DNA of 64,000 bases. Origin: an uncultured Acidobacteriota bacterium. GTDB lineage: Bacteria > Acidobacteriota > Thermoanaerobaculia > Multivoradales > SZUA-115. Positions 57,384 through 64,000 of the stretch are shown in pieces. The notes under the pieces were generated by a model. That model did no database searches. It worked only from the letters and a program-made list of their open reading frames with translations, and had not been told where the DNA came from. The stretch's first letter is position 1. Each line of letters opens with the position of its first letter. Location of the stretch: contig CAWDVR010000005.1 in assembly GCA_963805975.1 (NCBI GenBank), positions 64,001 to 128,000 of the forward strand. Reading direction: 5' to 3'. Position numbers and translations under genes: made by a program.

Positions 57384-60203
57384 CTAATTGTTGACGACCG
57401 TGGTCCAGGCGGTGAGGTCGCCGGTCTCGAAGCCGTTCGCGAAGACCCCGGCGGCGCCCGGCACGATGGTCAGGTTGGCCGAGCCGGCGATGCCAGGGCA
57501 GCCGCCGCCCACCGAGGTCGCCGTCAGCGTGCGCAGGCCGTCCGTCGAGTAGACGACGGTGATCGAGGCGCCGGTGGCCGGCCCCACGATCAGCCCGTGG
57601 TTGACGTCGCCGATGTTCCAGAGATACGAGGTGGGCTGCGGCGTGCAGTTGCTGGCGCTGGCCGAGACCACGATCTCGAGGCCCACCTCGCCCTGGCCCG
57701 GTGTCGCCACGTCGATGTCCGGCAGGCCGCCGTCGCCGACGAAGATCAGCTCGTCGTGGGTGAAGACGTCCTCGACGCTCGCCCGGCGGACGCGGAGCTT
57801 CGGATGGTAGGTGCCTTCCTCCTCGTAGGTGTGGCTGCCCACCGGCGAGGTGTGACCGAGATCCTCGAAGGTGCCGTCGCCGTCCCAGTCGTAGTCCCAG
57901 AAGTCGGGCGAGCCGGAGGAGGAGTCGAGGAAGGTGATCACCTGGTCGACGTCGGCGAAGCAGCCGACGCCGGTGCAGAAGAGGCCGTCCTGCGAGAAGC
58001 CCGCCACCAGCGGCGTGGTGTTGGGGACCGACACCTCGGTCTCCTGGCTGGTGATCGCTCCCTGCTGGCAGTTGCGGATCGCAACCGTCACCGTGTAGTC
58101 GCCCTCGTCGTCGTAGGTGTGGGACGGCCGCGGCCCGTTGACCGGGTCGGAGGTCCACACCGGCGTGGTGCCGTCGCCGAAGTCCCAGCGCCACTCGGTG
58201 GCGCCCGCGCTCTGGATGCGGAACTGCACCAGGCCGCTGCCGAAGGGCGGCCCGTTGAGAGTCTCCGGCGCGTCGCCGGGCGAGGTGAAGTCGAGCGCCG
58301 GCAGGCCGGCGAGCACCAGCGACGGGCTGGTGGCGCTGTCCGAGCCGCTGGCGTTCGACACCGTGACCGTGGCGGTGTAGGTGCCGGCGGCGGCCGCGGC
58401 CGTGCTCCACACGAACGGGTTGACGTTGCCGCCGGAGGCGACCAGGGTGCCGCCCGAGGTGCGCACCTGCCAGGCATGGGTGATGGGGGCGAGCCCGGTC
58501 ACCCCGAGCGCCTGGAAGGAGACGTTCTGGCAGACCAGGGCAGGGTTGGGCGTTACCGAGACGGTGCCCACTTGCGCCGCCGGCTCGAGCACGGTGAGCT
58601 GCTGCGAGGCCGGGCTCGAAGGTCCCTGGGCATTGGTGGCGACGAGAGTGACCGTCTTCGTCCCCAGCGAGTTGAAGACCACGCCCGCGGGGTTCTTCAC
58701 CGTCGAGCTCGCCGGCGTGGCACCGGCGAAGGTCCAGGCCCACTGGGTGGGAACACCGGTCGACTGGTCCGTGAAGTTGATCGGCTCGCCGCGGTAGACC
58801 TGCGACGGGCTGTAGGTGAAAGCGGCGGCCGGCGGGCCGCCGGAGGTCAGCTCGTGGATATCGAAGATGGAGTAGGCGGCGCGGTAGAAGTACTTGCCCG
58901 CGAACTTCCCCACCCGTGCGTTGACGAAGTTGAAGCCGGTGGGGTTGCGGCGGTAGTACCAGCCCCAGTAGCCGGTCTGCGTGCCGCCGACCAAGCCGGT
59001 GGGCGGCGTGACGTCGAAGGCCGCGGACGGCGTCGAGACGTCGTACAGCCACTCGTTCTGAAGGCCGGTGCCGCAACGGTCGTCCGAGCCGAAGAAGAGG
59101 AAGTCGCGACCGCTGCCCACCGAGTCGGTGACGATGTACTCGCTGGCCGATCCGGGCAGGCTGCTGCGCGTCCACACCGGCGTCGGCGGGGTAGCGGGGC
59201 ACGACGCCCCCGCGATGCAGCTCACGTCGTAGATGCGGGCCTGGGTGGTATTGCCGGCCGTCACCACCCGGGTCGCCAGGTAGTAGTTGGAGCCCTTCCG
59301 CCACAGCGCGACACCGTGCACGAAGTCGCTGGGCAGCCAGGAGGCCATGAGCTGCGGGCTCGACGGATTCCCGACCTTCCAGATCTCGAGGCCGCGGCCG
59401 AAGAGGCCCGAGGAGGCCGCCACCCAATGCTGGCTGCCCGAGGCGTCGCCGGCGCCGTCCAGGTAGCTGAAGCCCGCGCGGGTGCCCAGGCGGCCGAGAT
59501 ACACACCGCAGCCCGTCTGGCCCGGAGTCTCTTCCGTGCAGATGCCCGTCAGGTTGGCCGCCGCCGTCATGTTGTAGGCGAGGAGCCCCGAGGTCTTGGT
59601 GGCCAGAAAGGCGTAGTCGGTGCTGCCGATCCGGGCTGCGTAGACCTGGGGTGCCTCTTTCCCCACGTCGGCGTAGCGGCCCGGGTTCATGTCGGTCTTG
59701 TTGGTGGTGTTGAAGATCGACAGGCCGCCGTCGCCGGCGAGAGCCACCGCCAGCACGTTGTCGTTGCCGTTGGGGGCGTCCAGGTCGCGCACCGGGTCCG
59801 AGACGTGCGGATCGCTCACCCAGTGGGGGAACTTGGTGCGCCCGTAGACCTTCACCCGCACCGGCTGCGCCGGGGTGGTGCGCGCGTCCCAGATCTGCAG
59901 GCCGTGGTTGATGCCGGCGAAGATCCAGCCGTTCTCGCTGTCGATCGACATCCAGTGCGGCTCGTTCTCGCCGGGAAAGTCGTCGAACTCGTCGAAGTCG
60001 GTGTTGTCTCGTTGGGCGGCGAGCTGGCCTATGTCGGTCGGCTTGAGCTCGCCCCACAGCGCCGACGGCACGCCGAAGGCCGGGGCGCGGCAGGTCAGGA
60101 ACTGGCAGGTCAGGTCCGTGCTGCACTGGGCGGCTGCCGGAGCGGTGGAATGAGCCGAAACGAGGAGCAGAATCCCGGCAGCCAGCGGAAGGCGCGAGCT
60201 CAT
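57384..60203 (-). CDS. large secreted protein: beta-propeller-like N-terminus plus multiple PKD/Ig domains
   Basis: Signal peptide and PKD signatures (FTDQSTG..WAWTF, WRWDFGDG, HTY...G.Y, WDYDWDGDG). Ends VFANGFETGDLTAWTTVVNN. Confidence 0.85.
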   Translation of the reverse strand: MSSRLPLAAGILLLVSAHSTAPAAAQCSTDLTCQFLTCRAPAFGVPSALWGELKPTDIGQLAAQRDNTDFDEFDDFPGENEPHWMSIDSENGWIFAGINHGLQIWDARTTPAQPVRVKVYGRTKFPHWVSDPHVSDPVRDLDAPNGNDNVLAVALAGDGGLSIFNTTNKTDMNPGRYADVGKEAPQVYAARIGSTDYAFLATKTSGLLAYNMTAAANLTGICTEETPGQTGCGVYLGRLGTRAGFSYLDGAGDASGSQHWVAASSGLFGRGLEIWKVGNPSSPQLMASWLPSDFVHGVALWRKGSNYYLATRVVTAGNTTQARIYDVSCIAGASCPATPPTPVWTRSSLPGSASEYIVTDSVGSGRDFLFFGSDDRCGTGLQNEWLYDVSTPSAAFDVTPPTGLVGGTQTGYWGWYYRRNPTGFNFVNARVGKFAGKYFYRAAYSIFDIHELTSGGPPAAAFTYSPSQVYRGEPINFTDQSTGVPTQWAWTFAGATPASSTVKNPAGVVFNSLGTKTVTLVATNAQGPSSPASQQLTVLEPAAQVGTVSVTPNPALVCQNVSFQALGVTGLAPITHAWQVRTSGGTLVASGGNVNPFVWSTAAAAAGTYTATVTVSNASGSDSATSPSLVLAGLPALDFTSPGDAPETLNGPPFGSGLVQFRIQSAGATEWRWDFGDGTTPVWTSDPVNGPRPSHTYDDEGDYTVTVAIRNCQQGAITSQETEVSVPNTTPLVAGFSQDGLFCTGVGCFADVDQVITFLDSSSGSPDFWDYDWDGDGTFEDLGHTSPVGSHTYEEEGTYHPKLRVRRASVEDVFTHDELIFVGDGGLPDIDVATPGQGEVGLEIVVSASASNCTPQPTSYLWNIGDVNHGLIVGPATGASITVVYSTDGLRTLTATSVGGGCPGIAGSANLTIVPGAAGVFANGFETGDLTAWTTVVNN

Positions 60204-60550
60204 GTAAGATCCCTCTTGGGAAGAAATGCGGTATCACCCTATCTCTGGCCAGCTTTTTATGCAACTGCCAGGACAGAGACAGGGCTCCCGCCCCGTGGTC
60301 GGGTTGGCGTGTCGCGCGTCTGCAAGCGTGAGACCACCCGTCAGGCCTCCCCACAAAGGAAAAAAATGAACCACCAACGACCTCTTATGTCCCTGACCGA
60401 ACGAAAGATCGGCCGAATTGGGCATTCCGGCCTTGCTGGGATGACATTTCGCGTCACCGGGCGTGCCCAAAATTTGTGCTTGTCGAGAGTGGCATCGGGC
60501 TTCCCTCCGCTCGGTGGCGGGCCTGATCCTTGCGACAATCCGAATCGAAA

Positions 60551-62176
60551 ATGAAGAAGCGCGGCTTTACCAAGACCCCGGCTCACTCCTGGCAGCCGTT
60601 CCGGGCCGTCGAGCGGCCGGTGCGGGTCTTCTCCTCGCACGCCGAGCACTCGCTGGCCCTGGCCTACGCCAACAGCTACCACGTGGGGATGTCGAGCCTC
60701 GGCTTCCAGCGTGTCTACGAGCTGGTCCACGACCGGCCCGGCTGGGCGGCGGAGCGCTTCTTCACGGACGGTAGCGGAGAGCCGCTGTCGGTCGAGCTCG
60801 GGACCCCGCTCTCCTCCTTCGGCGCCGTCGCCTTCTCGGTCTCCTTCGAGGAGGACTACGTCCACCTGCTCCAGATGCTCGACCGCGCCCGCATCCCGCT
60901 GCGGCGCGGCGACCGCGGTCCCTGGCACCCGCTGGTCGTGATGGGCGGCTCCTGCGCCGCGATCAACCCGCTGGCGATGGCCGAGTTCGTGGATGTCTTC
61001 ACCCTCGGAGCGGCGGAGAACGTGCTGCCCACCCTGCTCGAGGCGCTCGAGGAGGAGGGAGAGCGCGAGGCGGTGCTCGAGCGGCTGGCGGCGGAACCCG
61101 GCTTTTTCGTGCCGGCCCACCACCGGCCCGAGGAGGAAGGCTTCGCGGGCAAGCTCGAGAAGCGCGAGCTCACCGCCGAGCAGTTCCGGCTCCCGGGCCA
61201 TCTGCCCACCACCGCGATCGTCACTCCGCGGACGGAGTTCAACGACAAGTTCCTGATCGAGATGTCGCGCGGCTGCCCGGAGAAGTGCAAGTACTGCTGG
61301 GCCACCTTCGGCATGGGCACCTTCCGGTGGCACCCGAGCGAGTACATCCTGGCGGCGCTCGAGCGGGCTCGGCCGGTGACCGACCAACTGGGCTTCCTCG
61401 CCACCGCGGTCGGCGATCACCCGGAGATCGAGCGCATCCTCACCGAGGCCAACCGCCTGGGGTTCCGCAGCTCGGTGTCCTCGATCCGTATTCCCGCGGT
61501 GACCCCTGGCGTGCTCGCGGCGCTCCATGCGTCGGGCGACCGCTCGATCACCCTGGCTCCCGAGACCGGCAACGACGCTCTCCGCGCCCGCATGGGCAAG
61601 CCGATCACCAACGCCACTATCCTCGAGAGGGTGCGCCTCATCTTCGAGCACGGTTTCACCCAGCTCAAGCTCTACTTCCTGATCGGCTTGCCGGGTGAGA
61701 CCCTGGCGGACGTCGGGTCGATCCTCGAGCTGGCGGCCGAGGCGCGGGGCATCATGCTCGAGCGGGCGGCGAAGACCGGGGTCATCGGCCACGTCCACCT
61801 CGGCACCAACATCCTGGTGCCCAAGCCCTACACGCCCTGGCAGCGCGAGCCGATGGACGGGGAGAAGAGCCTCGCCGAGAAGATCTCGCTCTTGAAGCGC
61901 GGTGTGGCGCGGATGCCGAACGTGTCGCTGGGCTCGATGTCGATCCGCCAGGCGGTCTGGCAGACCTACATCACCAAGGCCGGCAGCGATGCCGGAGAAG
62001 CCCTGGTGCGAGCCGCCCGCGGCCAGCACCTGGCCTCCCTGCTGCGCGAGCTTGAGCCCCAGATCCGCCCGGTGGTCTTCGATCGCATCGAGGGCGAGTG
62101 CCGCTGGCACTTCATGCGCCAGAGGAACACCAACCTGCCGGAGGTGGACAGCCTGGCGAGGATGGTGGTGGGCTAG
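60551..62176 (+). CDS. radical SAM protein (Elp3/MiaB-like superfamily, uncharacterised)
   Basis: Y.N.Y.VGMSSLGFQ, EMSRGCPEKCKYC, TLAPETG, LKLYFLIGLPGET, VPKPYTPWQ. Confidence 0.88.
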   Translation: MKKRGFTKTPAHSWQPFRAVERPVRVFSSHAEHSLALAYANSYHVGMSSLGFQRVYELVHDRPGWAAERFFTDGSGEPLSVELGTPLSSFGAVAFSVSFEEDYVHLLQMLDRARIPLRRGDRGPWHPLVVMGGSCAAINPLAMAEFVDVFTLGAAENVLPTLLEALEEEGEREAVLERLAAEPGFFVPAHHRPEEEGFAGKLEKRELTAEQFRLPGHLPTTAIVTPRTEFNDKFLIEMSRGCPEKCKYCWATFGMGTFRWHPSEYILAALERARPVTDQLGFLATAVGDHPEIERILTEANRLGFRSSVSSIRIPAVTPGVLAALHASGDRSITLAPETGNDALRARMGKPITNATILERVRLIFEHGFTQLKLYFLIGLPGETLADVGSILELAAEARGIMLERAAKTGVIGHVHLGTNILVPKPYTPWQREPMDGEKSLAEKISLLKRGVARMPNVSLGSMSIRQAVWQTYITKAGSDAGEALVRAARGQHLASLLRELEPQIRPVVFDRIEGECRWHFMRQRNTNLPEVDSLARMVVG

Positions 62177-62577
62177 GGCGCGATCAGGTCTAGCCGTGGG
62201 AAGTAGGTCTTGTACCTCTCCCCGTCTCGGGTCAGCAGTCGATAGCCGCGTACGGCGGCGTGAGCGCCGATAAAAAAGTCCGGCAGAGGCGCGGTTCGAG
62301 TTCCTCCCAAGCGGCGGTAGCGCAAGTGGCACTTGCCGGCCAGGAAAGCTGCGTCCCAGGGAAGCTCCTCGCGCACGTAGTAGTCGGCTGGCAGCACGGC
62401 ATCGAGATCGGCGATGTTCTCGAATTTCACCGACACCTCGGCGTAGATGATCGGGTTCAAGACCAGCCTGGTTTCTCCGGCGAAACGCTCCAGAATCGAC
62501 GCAGACCACCGCCCCCAGACCGGGTCATCGGTGAACACATCGAGCAGGACGTTGCTGTCGACGACGACCGGGGTCAA
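62173..62577 (-). CDS. vapC: VapC PIN-domain toxin
   Basis: VDSNVLLD, IIYAE, PDFFIGAHA, LLTRD...Y.TYFP. Confidence 0.92.
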   Translation of the reverse strand: MTPVVVDSNVLLDVFTDDPVWGRWSASILERFAGETRLVLNPIIYAEVSVKFENIADLDAVLPADYYVREELPWDAAFLAGKCHLRYRRLGGTRTAPLPDFFIGAHAAVRGYRLLTRDGERYKTYFPRLDLIAP

Positions 62578-62807
62578 TCCTCACCCCGGGTGAGGGCCAT
62601 GATCTCGTCGGTGGTCAAGCCGCCCTTGGCTCGGCCCCGCATGAGCTCGATCAGCCGCTGCCCACGGCCAAGGGCTGGGGCTTGCGCCCTCTTGATGCGG
62701 ACCGTGTTGCCATCCACCTCGAATTCGACCTCTGTGTGAGGTAGCAAGCCCGTCTTCTCGCGGACCTCGATGGGAAGAGTGACCTGACCCTTGGACGTGA
62801 TTCGCAT
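62574..62807 (-). CDS. vapB: AbrB/MazE-type antitoxin
   Basis: MRITSKGQVTLP..VR, overlapping the vapC start. Confidence 0.9.
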   Translation of the reverse strand: MRITSKGQVTLPIEVREKTGLLPHTEVEFEVDGNTVRIKRAQAPALGRGQRLIELMRGRAKGGLTTDEIMALTRGED

Positions 62808-62819
62808 TCACCCTCGCCG

Positions 62820-62832
62820 GTAAGAGTCTTAC
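62820..62832. promoter_or_regulatory. palindromic operator of vapBC
   Basis: GTAAGA-G-TCTTAC just upstream of vapB. Related TCTTA/TAAGA half-sites occur at 62842-62876. Confidence 0.65.
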
Positions 62833-62877
62833 AGGGCCGATTCTTACTCGGCTCATAAGAAAGATCAAGGTAAGAGG

Positions 62878-62962
62878 TGGTGCCGAAGACCGGACTCGAA
62901 CCGGTACGGATTGCTCCACACGGCCCTCAACCGTGCGCGTCTACCAATTCCGCCACTTCGGC
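62878..62962 (-). tRNA. tRNA-Leu (GAG)
   Basis: GCCGAAGTGGCGGAATTGGTAGACGCG.ACGGTT-GAG-GGCCGT, variable arm, GGTTCGAGTCC, CCA. Canonical secG-leu order. Confidence 0.97.
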
Positions 62963-63048
62963 GTGGAGGCGAGGCAAGTTTAGCAGCGGTCCGGCGGGCG
63001 GTGGAGCGCGGCCGGACCTTGGAAAGAACCGTTCCTGCGACCGGCTGG

Positions 63049-63543
63049 CTAGGTGCCGGCCGGTGTCCCAGCCGGTGCTTCGGCCGGCGCTTGCGTTGCT
63101 GCGTTGCCCGCCGCCGCTCCAGGAGGGGCCACGGTGCCGGCGGGAGGCGGTTCGGTGCCCTCGCCGCTCGTGGGGGCGGGAGCCGTGGTCCCGGCGGCCG
63201 GTGGTGCCGAGCCGTTCGGGGGCGTGCTGTCGGGTGTCGTGCCGGGCGTCAGCGGTGCCGACTGGGTGACGGGCGGCTCGATGCCGGTCGTCACCGAGGA
63301 ACCGGTGAGCCGGCCCTTCATGATCTGGATGGTCAGCGTGGTGAGCGTGAAGAGCACGAAACCGCCCACCGTCAGCTTGTGCAGGAGCGTGGCCGCGCCG
63401 CGGGCGCCGAATGCCGCCTGCGTGCTGCCGCCGCCGAACACCGAGAGGTCGGCGCCCTTGCCCTGCTGCAGGAGCACGACCAGGATCAGGAACAGCGACA
63501 CCAGGATGTGCACGAAATACATGATGTAGAGAATGGCGCTCAC
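63049..63543 (-). CDS. secG: preprotein translocase subunit SecG with long Pro/Ala/Thr tail
   Basis: [19 protein letters not shown].....FGARGA...L.K.T. Confidence 0.93.
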   Translation of the reverse strand: MSAILYIMYFVHILVSLFLILVVLLQQGKGADLSVFGGGSTQAAFGARGAATLLHKLTVGGFVLFTLTTLTIQIMKGRLTGSSVTTGIEPPVTQSAPLTPGTTPDSTPPNGSAPPAAGTTAPAPTSGEGTEPPPAGTVAPPGAAAGNAATQAPAEAPAGTPAGT

Positions 63544-63570
63544 GACGGGTACAGACCTCCGAGACGGTTC

Positions 63571-64000
63571 TTACCGCCGGTACTGGGCGGCGGAAATGCG
63601 AATCATAGCCAGAAACTTCGCCGGGTCAAGGCTCGCGCCGCCCACCAGGAAGCCGTCCACGTCCGATTGGGCGATCAGCTCGGCCGCGTTTTCGGGGTTG
63701 GCGGACCCGCCGTAGAGGATGCGAACCCACTGCGAATCCTCGCCCAGGATGTCGGTCAGGAGGCTGCGCAGGAAGGCGTGCGCCTGCTGGGCGATCTCCG
63801 GCGTGGCCACCTCGCCGGTGCCGATCGCCCACACCGGCTCGTAGGCCAGGGCCAGCTCGCCGGGGTCGTCCGGCAGGGCGGAGGAGAGCTGACGCTCCAG
63901 CACCTCCAGGGTGCGGCCCGCCTGCCTCTCGTCTTTCGTCTCGCCCAGGCAGAGGATGGGGGTGAGGCCGTGCTGCATCGCGGCCTCCACCTTGGCGGCG
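63571..64000 (-). CDS. tpiA: triosephosphate isomerase (5'-truncated by window edge)
   Basis: PILCLGE, AYEPVWAIGTG, LYGGS, DGFLVGGASL. Confidence 0.95.
   Translation of the reverse strand, partial: AAKVEAAMQHGLTPILCLGETKDERQAGRTLEVLERQLSSALPDDPGELALAYEPVWAIGTGEVATPEIAQQAHAFLRSLLTDILGEDSQWVRILYGGSANPENAAELIAQSDVDGFLVGGASLDPAKFLAMIRISAAQYRR

Overview
High-GC bacterial chromosomal window spanning the replication origin. The gene content and protein signatures suggest Acidobacteriota, class Thermoanaerobaculia-like (inference, not a database result). Housekeeping backbone: ssrA (tmRNA), mtnA, a comEA-fimT-like pair, tandem lepB paralogues, bactofilin-parB-parA-rsmG, jag-yidC-yidD-rnpA-rpmH, two tRNA-Ser plus tadA, ffs-dnaX-ybaB-recR, mutY, a bipartite oriC around dnaA, dnaN-recF-gyrB-gyrA-tal, and tpiA-secG-tRNA-Leu with a vapBC pair. 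Accessory content: an intact IS481-family element with a 6-bp target duplication, a radical SAM/degenerate metallophosphoesterase/flavoprotein/GNAT operon, and a type III PKS-methyltransferase-ACP-FAAL-flavoenzyme-YceI-MMPL lipid cluster. The two most interesting candidates are (1) a free-standing single-motif LAGLIDADG protein at the usual mnmE/mnmG position, whose start codon lies inside a duplicated 'parS + half-site' element next to parAB-bactofilin, and (2) a C-terminal 'F-x-D/N-G-F-E-T-G-D/N-x-x-A-W' tail shared by two unrelated large secreted proteins, suggesting a protein-sorting or anchoring signal. Start codons were chosen by eye, and all functional calls rest on motif recognition without database searches.
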